This document shows positions 50,201-63,400 of a stretch of 64,000 nt of DNA, piece by piece. The stretch is from Haliotis cracherodii. Taxonomy: Eukaryota. The stretch lies in assembly GCF_022045235.1 (NCBI RefSeq), contig NW_027266297.1, forward strand, positions 68,200,001-68,264,000, read 5' to 3'. The notes beneath the pieces are model-generated. The model worked only from the letters and a program-made list of their open reading frames with translations, was not told where the DNA came from and ran no database searches. Both the position numbers and the translations under genes were made by a program. The first letter of the stretch is position 1, and every line of letters begins with the position of its first letter.

Positions 50201-53200
50201 CTCAAGTTGCCTCATGAGACTCCTTAACTGCCTTGCACACGGGTCGGATGTGACTACGACTGGCACATTTTGCAGTGGGCCTTAACTGTTGTTTTATTTG
50301 CAGCTTACTGCATGATCCACTGAATGCTTAGGTCCCTCTTAACGCTGGGATGACCAGATACCTGTTGGCAGGGACTGGACATGCATAGCACTGAACATAC
50401 TGAATGGCAACATGTTGCTTATAGATTGTTGTGATAAACTGCTTTCGTAATTTAATGTCTCAAAAATATTTCAACAGTATCACTATTTAGTGGCACTGTA
50501 TGAGATTCGTTGCTGATATTTTCAATGTCTGTGCATATTAGTGTCTCTCCGTCAATGGTACTGGGCCAACTTGCACAAAGCAATCTTAGCATTACAATGA
50601 TGGTTAATCCCTTACTTTAACATAGACTGACAAACTGTGCTAAAGATCACTTTGTGCAAGTGGGTGCTGGTCCCAACAACTCCTCCTACCTCCTCTACCC
50701 ACTTCTCTGATGCATGCAGGAACTAACACCACTACTAATCTTTGACGCAGATATAGTGTGTATGATGTATGCTCTCTCAAACCACATGACCTCAAACACT
50801 CCTCCAGTTTCATAGGGCCACGACTTGTCCATACTAACATGTATTGGTTAGCCTGCTGGGATGACCGCCTGCGCATGATACATCTGGACACCAGATCAGA
50901 AACTATTCCACTGTCATGATAAAGCCAGAAATTGTCTCTTTGTCCCTCATGTTTGAAATACTGTGCCACATGAAGCATGGGAGGATATAGCTGACTGCAG
51001 GTGTACGTGTTGGTTGTCAGTACCTGCTGCCCTGGTCCCCTGGTCCCCCAGATACTTCCTTGTCCACTGAGAACTACCATGTGCACATCTGTATGTCAGC
51101 TATGGACAGACCAGTTTGAGGACGTGATGTTTGTGACAGCAACTTAGAGGTTTGATATTTTGCTAAAGGAGGAATTGTCTTTCCTCTTGCAGGGTCAGTT
51201 CAGATGAAAAGGATAAAATTCAATACAAAATTAGAACATGAATACATAAACAATTTCAAGTGTTTGCAACAGTCGTTCACAAAGATGAATGTAGACAAGG
51301 TAAGTGAAGCTGGTAAGCTGGCTGTTTGTCTTGTCACTGTCGGTAGACTGCTTGTGTCAGTGTCTTGTAGTACAAGTCCAAGAGTGAGTTGTTTCTTGCA
51401 TGTTTTGAACATTTTTTGCACCTCTCTCGCAGATCACCCCCACCCTCACATGTTTTGATTCTGACATAGTTCACACCTCAGTCAATGCACATTTTGAAAT
51501 TTAAGCTTTTTATCATTGTGGATCATCTTTGTGGATCATTGTGAAGAGTCAGTTAGTTATTGGTGTCTCTGGGAGGATCTTTTTCAATTGGTCAGTTTTG
51601 AGAAATGTTTTGATGTTTGATCAGTTAACATGGTGTAATGATTCATCAAGTTTTTGCATCTTGTCACCTGTAATGTCAGTGAGTCAGGGGTTAAAACAGC
51701 TGCTCAATATTGAATCAACATGCACAAACCTGTTATTTTATTAAATTATTTTGTGTGTGTACCTTTCCAACCAATGACAAGATTGTTTCATTTCAAACAC
51801 AAACCAGAGGACTTACCTCTGCAAGTTCATCATAGAGACTGTCTGAAAAGACCACTGGATCTTCTCAATAACACACTAATTTCATTCATTGTCTAAGAGT
51901 ACAAAAAAAAATAAAGGTTAAGACAGAGTTTTAAAATTTGGGGACCGTGATGACAGGAAAAAATTTGAAATTTTGGTCCAGGACCAGAGACCTCTCACTG
52001 GAAGTTTCAAACCTTGAGTGAGAAGTTGACTGCTGACATAGGGAACTGTATGACAGTCCAGTTCCTGTGGTGGAGTTGCTTGTCCAGCTAGCTGATGCAG
52101 GATACTGTGCTGGGTAATGGATGGCAGTTTTGACCCCTGAATCTCTGCCTCCTGTCAACAGTTTGTTCACTTCGGCCAGAGGTTGTCGTGAGCATAAGCC
52201 ATGGAATGTTGTTTGAAATATCCATCTGTAAATTAAATATTAAGAACTTGTGTCAGACCCAAACATACATTTATGTCATACAAATATATAAAAAAAACAC
52301 CCAACTTTTATTCAGTCATAAACTTTGCTAATGTTTTGATGATGATTTAATTGTAAGTTTAAAAAGTAATAATGTGCTATCATGTGCAAAAGATGTAAGA
52401 TGTATGTGATGGATTAATGCACGACTCTGAGGTTGAGGTCGGGGAAGTAAGACCGAGGCAAGAGAGTATCGGCAATACTTCCTTGGCCATGACTGAGGAG
52501 TGCTTTATCTCATTTATAAACCGTCCAAATGCAAGAAATAACAGTAAAAAAAAGAGGAAACATCTTATGGGGAAACAATATTGTAAAAAAGGAATGCGAT
52601 CAAAACTTGCGAGAGAAACTTGCACCATAGACAAAACTAAGTCATGACATCTCAAAGTGAACATTCTCACAACAATGCACAACACCTGCCCCGGTGGCTC
52701 AGTGGGAGAACAGTGGGTTACAAAACTATACACGATATGTTAGGTTGCAGGTTGGATTCCCGTCATCCACAGTGAAAAGTTTCATTTCTTTTCTTCGATT
52801 CTAGAACATTTTTTGAAACACTCAGCCCAAATTCCATCTTCTACTCACATCATCTGGTCTTACTAGCAAAAAGTAAAACCTCATATCCGGGATGAGGTCT
52901 TTCTAGGAAAGAGTAAAACCTCCCAAGAGGTCATTACGAGATAGAAGGATGCCTACATTACAAAAGGCTATAGGTTTGTAAGAGTTTGTAAGAACATGAG
53001 CAGTAATGAGATGAATGTGACTGCAAGGTGAGCCTCAGAGCCCCATCTTGTCTCATCATTGACCCTGCAGATGTGAGTTCGGGTAACTGGACCACTTGAT
53101 TGGAAACCAATAGTTCTGGGTGTGTGTGTGATAGATAGTTTGTTTATGGTTCACAGTCCACAGTGTGTTGTCATCTTCATATTCCAAATGTAAGAATTAC

Positions 53201-55249
53201 AGTTAAAGGTTTTGTTTTCTGGGAAATTGTATGAAATTGTAGATCTGATTTCAAAGGATTTTCACCTGTCAACTTTTCATGATTATTGAAAGTGAATGAA
53301 GAACAGTAAAATCCCATGAAAGTATCTGGAGGTTGTGACAGTTTGGCCATCTTGGCCTGATATGATAGTAACTAAACTGCTGAAATATGGCATCATTGAA
53401 GATAATAGTGTGAGCTGCATTGTCTAATGAAGTTATTTAACAGTAATAATTACAATCTCCGTCCATGTTTCTCTGCTTTTGACGTACTTTATGTGGTTTC
53501 AAAATGACACTTATTTGCTAGCCTTGCTTTGTGTTCCACTCATTGGAGGTCATGTTCACTCATGTATTGTTTGTCATCTCGTCTGTGCTCTTTGCTTCCT
53601 GTGTATTACATTAACTCTCATCATCTTCATTGCAGACTGTACATTGTATATGTTATGTATATCATTCATTGGTTGTGCATTGTTTCAGGCATGTCGGCAA
53701 TAATATAAAGCATCTTAAAAGTTGGTCCTGATGGCATGTTATACATAATATATCACATGAAATCAACAATGATATACTGCTTTGTTTAGAACAATTCAGT
53801 CTTTTCACACTGTAATGTATTTAATGCCTCTTGTAACATGGCTTATTGTAATGATTATGAAAAGATGAGTTTAAAATATTGCTATTATTTAGATTGTATC
53901 TGTAGTTCTGTTGAACGAGCCATCTACTTTTCATTCTGTATTTGGGGGCGGTCGGGTAGCTTAGTGGTTAAAGCGTTGGCTCGTCACGCCGAAGACCCGG
54001 GTTCAATTCCCGTCATGGGTACAATGAGTGAAGCCCATTTCTGGTGTCCCCCGCCGTGATATTGCTGGAATATTGCCAAAAGCGGTGTAAAACCATACTC
54101 ACTCACTCATTCTGTATTTACCATGTCAGTTAGGGTACAACTGAATACCTTGTTTTTGTTGGCCTATTCCTTTATGACCTTTTTGTGTTTTTCTCTCAGA
54201 TTGTTCCTGTAGATCGATTGGTGAAAGGAAAATTCCAGGATAACTTTGAATTTGTTCAATGGTTCAAAAAGTTTTTTGATGCAAATTTTGACATGCGTGA
54301 TTACGATCCCGTCCACGCTAGAGGCGGTGAATCTCTTGGAAGTGGGCCAAAGGGCAGTGCCTTTAACAAACCCCGGGTTACCAAACAGTCCCCAACAGTC
54401 AAGACAGCCAAGCCAAGTGAGTAGTGAAGACTTCACAATTACTTTAAATCATTATCTAGATTCATGTGCTAAATGTAAGAGTCCCTTACTCGCTTTAATT
54501 AGTAAAGTGACAAAGATTTTAATTAGTTCTACTTCTATCTTTTGTCATTGTATATTTATTCTCTGTCCATCCATCCCTGAACTAAATCAATTATTTTTTA
54601 AAAGTACTGAACTTATCGATATCATTTTCCCAGAACATGTTTAACATGTTTTACATTATGTACAAATTGAAACCTTCATTTGAGTGTGGCCAGATTCTAA
54701 TAAAAGCGAAGTAATGTGGATCTCTGGATCTTGATCTCAGTTCCGGGCCCTGTTGACAATCAATCTTAGTGCAGGGGCACGGGTGGCCCAGTCGTCTTCA
54801 TTGTGCAGAGTTGCGTCATTTGGCCACGCCAGAAACCTATGATTGTGGGTTCGAATCCCGGTTCGCCCCGATTATGTATCTAGGTTCGTCAGCACCATAC
54901 CCGTGCTCGTGGGTTTTACCGAAGGGGTATACGTCTGAGACCTGCATCACTTCGGGCTTTCCTCCTACATTAAGCTGACACGCCGTGATATAACTGGAAT
55001 ACTGTTAAAAGCGGCGCTAAACGCAACTCTTACTCACTTACTCACCAATCTTAGAGCTGTGACTATTGTAATGTTCAAGTTGTAGCATTGTGGTAGTTGT
55101 GTGTAAATGGCTTCTTCCACTTGCCTTGTAGTGACGGAAACAACAAAAAGGGTGGCTCCACCTGCAGCCAGGCCCTCTGCGAACAATCATGCTAGCAGCA
55201 AAGACAACAAAGATAACAAGATTGCTGATTTGGAGGCAAATGTATGTCA

Positions 55250-55298
<49 letters not shown>

Positions 55299-58200
55299 AT
55301 CTGACTGTCTGTCTGTCTGCCTGCTTAATTGCCACGGTTAAATTGACAAAGTCCACTGTCTTAACCGGGATTTTTGGCCCGTCTTGTATGGTGATGATTT
55401 AGACAGTCTACTGTACTGAACAGTCTCCAAAGGAGCTTCAACTCGCTGTATAGAGTTGTGTCCCTCGGCTGCCAGAATGTAATGGTCTTGAGTACAAATC
55501 CAGCATTTGCCTGGATTATGATCCTTGGTTTGTCGGCACCATACCTGTGGAAGTAGCTTTCACCAAAGTGGTGAACATCTATCATCAGTGACACTTTGGG
55601 CTTCCTTCCACACGAAGCTGGAATACTGTTCAATCACTCACTCACTCACATCCAGCTTGTCCAGTGTCACCATGTATGCTTGATGATATACATTCGACTT
55701 CAGATTTCGGAACTCCGACTCACTGTGGAAGGTCTTGAGAAGGAGAGGGACTTCTATTTCGCCAAGCTGCGCGACATTGAGATCATCTGCCAAGACCATA
55801 TTGATGATGATCCAGTTATTAAGTCAATTTCTGAGATCTTGTATGCAACAGAGGTGAGAAATCAGGGAGCGTTGACAATTTCTCTTGTCATATAACAAGT
55901 AATAAGTAATTTTTCAGCAGATGATAAATGTTAAATGATATGTGTCACAAAGTTTGAATTATGTTCTTGCCCAAAGGCTACCTATTGTCTAGTAAGGCAT
56001 TGCAGTAGGCAAGTGGGTAAGTAGTAATGCCTGATCCATTGTTTTATAACTCGATTAGGTTCTTGTTAATGTTTACAATTTCCATACGGTTAAATCATGA
56101 ATCATGTGTATGACTTATTCTTCTATAACTGTTATGTTAAGTTCTCATACCTTCATGATCATTGAAAGTTGCTCAATCTCATATTCATTTATGCTTCATG
56201 TTTACTTGGAGACCTATGTTCCTGAAATCATCAGTATACACCTGTATTCAACTGATATCATCCCTTATCACATATATCTATACACTACTCTGCACAGATG
56301 TCATATATTCCTGTATTACCAGGTACCATGATTATACATATATTCCTGTAGACACTTTGTAGAAGTCATATAATCCTGTAGACACTTTGAAGACGTCATA
56401 TATTCCTATATATACCGTTACACTTTGTAGTCATTTATTTCTGTACTACACTGTACTCTTATACTGAAGTGATAACACTGTACGGATTCCAGCCCAGAAT
56501 AAGTCCCCATCACCCCATACTTGTTGTAAGGGCCAAGTGTAGTGAGGATCTAGTCATCTAGTTGATTGTGTGTCATTTCACCCCATCAGCTTAGATGCCT
56601 TGTCAACCCCTATTATTATTTACAGACCGACGTAAGATAGCTGGAATATTGCTGCCTGCGGTGTGAATATTCACTCACTAGAAGCTCTACATGACCCTTT
56701 ATTACACCATGTAGAAGTGAACTATTGCTGTATTAGGAGACGGATGTTTTATTTCTTGGTTTACGGATAGACCAATTTCAGTAAAAAAAACACTAACCAA
56801 AAATGAATATATTATTTCTATTTGGGACAAAAAGAAAGGGGGAAAACAAATAGAATGTGCGAAAAGAAACCAGCTTAGAGGAACAAGAAGTAATAATTGT
56901 TACTGTATGTCTAGTCAAAGATTCAACAACACGGGACACCCTAGTCAAAGTTTGTACCAGTAAAATATTCCAGGTGGTCAGCTGTCGTTATTCCTTGAAA
57001 CATTAGTCTCTACCAAAACAACAAGTATGATACTACTCCTGCATAAATACATAAACATACTTTGTTGCCACCCATATTAATAGCCGTTTCTGTTTACTAA
57101 CACCATACACCTGTCGGAAGTGAGAAGTTGCTGGTGTAGGAAGCGGTGAGTTGATCCTCGCTAATGTGTTAAACTTTTGATAAGGCTTGACCGTAGACAG
57201 CTCCTAGAGCCAGCTTGACAGGCTGCTCTGTTGCACTGCAGCCAGTCACAGTTATTCTTAACAAGGTTCATACAGACTCAAATAGGTCCTTAATTTAGAT
57301 ACTTCATCTTGAAAAGGCCTTAACTGTGACAATACCTTGAAATGGTTTTAAAAAATTCTTCATTAGCCACGAATGTAAAATGAGTCCTTGAATTTTGTAT
57401 GTAAGGTTTCGTTTCAAGAATTTACAATGAAAGTTGCGTGATTAATATTTCCATATCAAAGGTTTCAGCCTTAACATTCGGATAGAACACACAATGTTAC
57501 AAGCAGTTAGGAACCTCGGATGTATAGCATATAGCGTTCCGTTCTTATCACGACAGAAACATTTCTTTTAAAAAAAGCTGCCATTTTAGCAATGTTTACC
57601 CTTGGAAATACATATTTTGGTTTTTAGAAAGCCATAAAAAGGTTATTGAATTTCTGTATGAACCATGCTTAAAGAATTACATCCAAGTAATGCCATGACC
57701 TACAGTTTTCATTCTTGATATAGAATCCTGATGTTTGGGCACTGCATGAGAAAGTGAATGTTTCCCAACAGGATTGCGTAGACATCACAGTATTTGTACA
57801 AAATGAAATGTTTTCAACCGACAAATCAATTATAAAATTGAAATTCTTGCATATATTGCTTATTGTTATGTTGTGTTTATGTTGCTCTAAGGAAGTTAAT
57901 GGGAAAAGTTTATCATGAAACAATTTGTTTGAGAATGTTTATGAACTTTAAAGACTATGTACAACATTGGTCATCATCTGATTACAAGGACTGCTAGTGT
58001 CATGTCCATGCAAGAAACCCTGGATGAATAATGTATGTAAACATAAGTGTCATAAATAATAAATAATAACATCAAACAAACATATTATTAAGTACATCTT
58101 ACTATCTGAAACTTTGTCTTTAGTTTTGTACATCATGCATACACACATACAGGCATGCATACACACATGCAGGCATGCATACACACATGCATACATACAG

Positions 58201-60435
58201 GCATGCATACACACAGGCATGCATACACACAGGTATGCATACACACATACAGGCATGCATACACACATACAGGCATGCATACACACATACATACACACAG
58301 GCATGCATACACACATACAGGCATGCATACACACAGTCATGCATACATACATGCATACATACAGGCATGCATACATACAGGCATGCATACACATACAGGC
58401 ATGCATACACACATACAGGCATGCATACACACATACAGACATGCATACACACATACAGACATGCATACACACATACAGGCATGCATACACACATACAGAC
58501 ATGCATACACACATACAGACATGCATACACACATACAGGCATGCATACACACATACAGACATGCATACACACATACAGGCATGCATACACACATACAGGC
58601 ATGCATACACACATACAGGCATGCATACACACATACAGGCATGCGTACATACATACAGGCNNNNNNNNNNNNNNNNNNNNNNNNNNNNNNNNNNNNNNNN
58701 NNNNNNNNNNNNNNNNNNNNNNNNNNNNNNNNNNNNNNNNNNNNNNNNNNNNNNNNNNNNNNNNNNNNNNNNNNNNNNNNNNNNNNNNNNACATACAGAC
58801 AGACATACTTTCATACATGCATGCATACACACCTGCATACATACAGACATGCACACACACATGCATACAGACAGACAGACATACATGCATGCATACACAC
58901 CTGCATACATACAGACAGACATACACACATACATGCATGCATTCACACCTGCATGCATACACACATGCATACATACATGCATACATACATGCATGCATAC
59001 ACACCNNNNNNNNNNNNNNNNNNNNNNNNNNNNNNNNNNNNNNNNNNNNNNNNNNNNNNNNNNNNNNNNNNNNNNNNNNNNNNNNNNNNNNNNNNNNNNN
59101 NNNNNNNNNNNNNNNNNNNNNNNNNNNNNNNNNNNNNNNNNNNNNNNNNNNNNNNNNNNNNNNNNNNNNNNNNNNNNNNNNNNNNNNNNNNNNNNNNNNN
59201 NNNNNNNNNNNNNNNNNNNNNNNNNNNNNNNNNNNNNNNNNNNNNNNNNNNNNNNNNNNNNNNNNNNNNNNNNNNNNNGTAAACTAGGTAGTTCAACTCG
59301 CCTATCAGATATTTAGTCTATACATTTCTGGTAGCCCAAACAAGGTGTCCTCTTGTTGACAGACATTGCTGTAAAATATTACTTCATCTAACATGTCCAA
59401 TGACACATTGAAACGACTTTATTAAGTGTAAGAAGCAGATTCTGTTGGAAGAAAATAACATTAAATTCTGCAGAGGACAAAGTATGACATGGTATGATGT
59501 GTTGATAAATTTATAAAATGTTTAAAATGGCCAGGAAACTTTCTTTCTGTGGAACCTGTCAGTGGCTGAATCTAATTGATTGTTCACAGACTGCTGTGAT
59601 ATAACAAGATGTAATATTATTGACGTATTCCTACCCTATTGAAGGAATTTTGTTGATCTGTAGATAATTCTTTTTTTTTTCTCACTTTACAACAACTCAC
59701 AATATGAACAATATATCCAAACATTTAGATTAAAACATCTTCATGTACACATATTTATATTAATTTTGACCTCCCTAAGGCTATCTGGTAGTAAGGAATC
59801 CGTAAACCACTGAATAAAAACACCTAGTCTTATTCTACCTATGTATCACTTGTCTCAATCATATGCTCCTTTATTACCCATAGGGTTGGAAACAACCGAG
59901 TTCCTAAAACTCTTGTGTGCTCTAGTGCGAATATCACTTCACGCGCACCAGTTTATTGTTTCAGTCATCTGCATGGCATTGTTGACCTCATTCGAATCTT
60001 ATTGTGACGTAACGTCGAATTGACGTTACACTAGAGACGAAGTCATAGCTGCACATTGCTGAAGATTGTTGACGTCTTTCGACAATTGTGGTTTACTTTG
60101 AATGCGGTCTTCATCAGTGCAATTATCTCTAGGGGAGCTTGAAAAGATTAAGAAGTAATGGGTATTAGAGAAATTACATGTATCCCCCTCGATCTTGCTC
60201 AGGAAATACAAGAATTCTGAAACTTGTTTCCTGAAATCAGTATGTCATATTCTTGTGTTGCATTTGTGTTTGTATGTTGCATCACTTTTTCCTGTAGTCC
60301 TATACATATAAGTTGTGTTACACTTGTTAATAAATTTTTCAATTGATGCCTTGATGTATCTTGTAGGACGGCTTTGCACCCCCAGAGGAGGGTCAGGATG
60401 ATGGCTTGGTTGACCCTGAAGATGAAGAGTACTGA
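38254..60435 (+). CDS. MAPRE1: Microtubule plus-end binding protein EB1 (RP/EB family), 270 aa; exons 38254-38374, 42318-42356, [50053-50159 or 51193-51299], 54200-54416, 55132-55241, 55704-55853, 60367-60435
   Basis: [73 protein letters not shown] (CH domain); [22 protein letters not shown] (EBH); C-terminal EEY*. All junctions GT-AG and in phase. The symbol denotes the EB1/MAPRE family, not one-to-one orthology. Confidence 0.95.
39925..40089 (+). mobile_element. tRNA-derived SINE family A copy
   Basis: Near-identical to 7069-7242; TSD CTTGAGAATCT. Confidence 0.9.
40758..41435. repeat. Tandem repeat, 77 bp unit, ~9 copies, in an EB1 intron
   Basis: AATGGTCCATTTC recurs at 40758, 40835 and onward; internal CATATTGG/CCAATATG inverted pair. 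Confidence 0.95.
41707..41980 (+). mobile_element. SINE-like family C with a non-tRNA structured head (other copies 38587-38790 on +; ~7290-7550, 11740-11900, 37420-37780, 44836-45085 on -)
   Basis: Shared GACCCGTGAAGAT..GGGGTAGAATAGGTCTTCAGCAACCCATGCTTGTCGTAAAAGGCGACTAA head and GCTGGAATATTGCTGAGTGCGGCGTTAAACAAC(AAAC)n tail. Confidence 0.8.
42918..43308. mobile_element. MITE with CAAGGTTCATACAG TIRs and 5-bp TSD (hAT5-like)
   Basis: ATAAA|CAAGGTTCATACAG...CTGTATGAACCTTG|ATAAA. Confidence 0.8.
44154..44621. mobile_element. MITE with ~55-bp TIRs (TAG...CTA) containing a nested palindromic MITE at 44208-44362
   Basis: TAGTCTGGAAG..GACGTTTACTACAATATCTGAAAAACTA is mirrored at 44568-44621; inner GGCCATATGACACAGTTGAACCAATCAA is mirrored at ~44335-44362. 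Confidence 0.85.
45130..45297 (+). mobile_element. tRNA-derived SINE family A copy
   Basis: Same sequence family; TSD CCATTTTGAGGC. Confidence 0.85.
46672..46949 (+). mobile_element. tRNA-derived SINE family B (second copy ~54774-55040)
   Basis: A box TGGCCCAGTCG, B box GGTTCGAATCC, (ACTC)n tail, TSD ACTCTTAGTAGTGTTC; 3' tail similar to family A. Confidence 0.85.
47345..47612 (+). mobile_element. 3' fragment of an RLE-type non-LTR retrotransposon (R4/Dong-like)
   Basis: 47390 onward translates [17 protein letters not shown], resembling the QKAxxLGxxHILRKVL C-terminus of R4/Dong-type ORFs; flanked by (TAA)n/(CAT)n tracts. Confidence 0.55.
50053..50159 (+). CDS. MAPRE1: EB1 alternative CH-domain exon A (107 nt)
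   Basis: TTGCAG|GC...GACAAG|GTGAC; encodes [36 protein letters not shown]. Confidence 0.88.
51193..51299 (+). CDS. MAPRE1: EB1 alternative CH-domain exon B (107 nt)
   Basis: TTGCAG|GG...GACAAG|GTAAG; encodes [36 protein letters not shown]. Confidence 0.9.
53944..54106 (+). mobile_element. tRNA-derived SINE family A copy
   Basis: Same family; TSD TCATTCTGTATTT. Confidence 0.9.
57262..57667. mobile_element. MITE with CAAGGTTCATACAG-type TIRs and 5-bp TSD (hAT5-like)
   Basis: CTTAA|CAAGGTTCATACAG...CTGTATGAACCATG|CTTAA. Confidence 0.75.
58134..59278. repeat. Low-complexity (CATACACA/GGCATG) satellite with assembly gaps at 58661-58790 and 59006-59278
   Basis: Directly visible; all long ORFs here are artefacts. 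Confidence 0.95.
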
Positions 60436-63400
60436 AGCAAGATGATGATACATACACACACCCACACGTCTGTGACACACAAACTGACTATTTCCTCCCA
60501 GTCGCCAATCTATTGAACTATTACACTGACAGGCTGACGAACAAACTTGCTACTCACAGATACCTGGGCTGCTTTACCAGGGCAACACATGACCTGCTTT
60601 CTATAGTGCTCAATGCTGATGCTGCTGTGTCATCTAGACAGCAGCCTGTGTTGGCCTGGACGCCCGATGGCCTGATGCCAACCTTTGCCTTCATCCTGCA
60701 AATTGTATCTATGGACAGATTAATACTGTTTTTGTGTTGGACACTAACCTGTACGCAAATTTCACAAATGCGTTACTGGATACTTTCTGCTGACAGAAGA
60801 TATGGAAGAGAAGAACTGTGATCTCAGTGCTTGAGTAGGTGTAGGTGTGGTAGCATGTCCATAGGCACTTCACATGGAGTGCTCCAGTGTGGGACGGCTA
60901 TTGAGTGTCATTGTCTGCATGTAAATAGGTTGACCTGGTTTGCATGTTCAAGTAAAGAGCTTACAGCCTTAAAGCCTTAAAGACTAGACTGGTTAGATTG
61001 GCCTGCTGTAACACAATTCTTTCTTTGTGATCCCAGTGCTTACTGTTACATATGTTATTGTTACACCTTGCACTTGTTAAGGAAATTCGACAAGCCTTTC
61101 TTGATGATGTTCTTATGGCTGAAAATGACAACAAACTCTTGTGCTGATGCCCAGATACTGTCATTCAACTGCCTTCAGTCGTTGTTCAAGGATTGCTTGG
61201 CGTATTTTCATATTATTTTTAAGTAACATGAGTCATGTGTACAATAAAATGTAAGAAGAAATTACTTTAAGAGATTAATTAACCTCTTTAACTAGTATCA
61301 TGCTGAGGCTAACCTTCCCAAACACAATCATTTTTAATGTAATCCTGATATGTACGCAGCTTGTCTAGCAGTTGAACACATCTTCATCTATCCTGTGTAA
61401 TGGCAAGGGATCCCTTGCTTGCGCTGTTCATCATTAGGGACATGGTCACTGTAAGCACCTGTACCAAAATAAAGGCTAGTCAGTACTAGATACTTCAAAC
61501 AGCTGTCTGAGATAGATAGTCACCAGTGCTTCTTCAAATGGGTGCTTGTGCTGTAGTTTGTGTCACAAGGTACCAGCCCCGGCTGGTGTGTTTTGTACCT
61601 CATCTTCAGTGTGAAGACTAAGCAGTGTGTACCCACCTGGCAGTGTTGGAGACGGTATCCAGTCTGCGTTGTGAAGCCGGTTCCACTCAACAGTAGTTGG
61701 CTGCTTGTATTGCTGAATTCAGTGACAAATCAATGTTGCATTCAACCAAAGTTGTATAAAATTTTTGTATACCAACTCTTGCTCATAGTGTGTCCTGGCC
61801 TCATTCAGGTACTGTAGTTCACCGACTAGTTTTTTTTACTCTGTGGATGATACTTTTCTTTTCCGTCTCTCAACACATGAGCCTCACTCAAAAATACCAA
61901 ACTACAACAAAATGCATTTAGTATGGATTTTTTTCTCAGGTTGAATCCTATTTGGATATTTGTCTCCTGAAAATGTAAAACTGAAGTGTCATTGATACTA
62001 TTGACTTTCGAAACTGTTAATGCTTCATTCTCTGAGTGATAAAAGCAAACATTATCAGGGCTAGCTGGAGGACAATTAATCTTTCCACCAAACAGACCAG
62101 ATGGAACAATTAGGGATGTCATATTAACCATGTTTGGCAAGGTATGTAATAGTGTCTATGGGTTAAAGAAATGTAACTGGTAATCAATTATCAATAAAGT
62201 TCGTAACTAATCCCATTATAGATGTTTGGTGGAAGTTGAGTGTGGTCATTGGGTTGCAGTCTTGCCATCTGGTCCTGATTCTCTGTGACACGCCCACACT
62301 CGTGTGACATGAGGACTATATCACTATCTGTTACCTGTATTTGTGTGTATTTCACTTGTCCTATGGAATGTATCTGTGGTTTATATACAGTGTATAAAAC
62401 ATTTTAGAAAGGGAATGGCATAACCTGCTTTAAACTGGAAGTAGATACTGCATCTAAACAATGTTTATACAGGGCAGTTGGATGGAATGGAGACGGCGGG
62501 AGAGCTGCCAACTTTCGTAACCCACTCGTATGACAATTCTATTGTAAGCTGTTTTAGTTGCTTCAGCAGCCCGTCCTGTTGATTTTACTCCGTCAGTGCT
62601 GGGAGAATGAGCTGTATATTTTAATGTATGTGATTTGTGTGGGTATCTTTACCATTGACATTTGAATGGTCTCAATCTACACGAGACAAGCTGCTACACT
62701 TGTGACTAATTTAGCCATCAAACTCTTTCTTTCTTCCACGCTCTCCTCCTATTTTGCTGCCTGTTTGTAGTTCTCCATTTTGCAGATGATAATGCCTGGT
62801 TACTGAACTTTGTATATTTATTTTCCTATTCACTGTTATATATTCTGAACAATTCAGTGCTTGTAGCAAAATTTGAAACTGTAAGATTCATTAAATTTGA
62901 TTCAATGAAATGCTTGTTTGTTATGAATATTCTCTGCCCTCATGGCAATATGTGCAATTCAAGCTCCTTGCAGGTAAACTGCTCCCATAATGTGTGAGAA
63001 CTTTTAGTTAAGCTTAACAGAGCGTATCTACAAACATGTCTCACCTGGAAATATGGTGCAAGACAAACTCTACGCATCTACTTTCCTGTTTGTTTTCAAG
63101 TTGCCATACATGATAAGCATGGTGATAAAATATACCAATAGAAAAGAATTACTGTGCACAAATCAGAATCACATTTAAAATAAGCCATTGATGTTTGGCT
63201 ATGGTTTCTTCTTGACAATAGTGATGCCCTTCAGCGCTGGGGGGAATGTTGCTGTGTTGTTCAGTTCTGTAGTGGTGGGAGTGTAATGGTGTGGTGGGTC
63301 ATCACTACAAACCAAAGGATCCATTTAGTGGTCACCGATGGTAATAAGAAAGAATAGGCGATTCTTAACGTGTTTATAGTAGTACATATGTCCTTCACCA

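Noticed and set aside
58050-59316. Long His/Thr- and Cys/Met-rich ORFs
   Set aside because: Low-complexity satellite plus N gaps.
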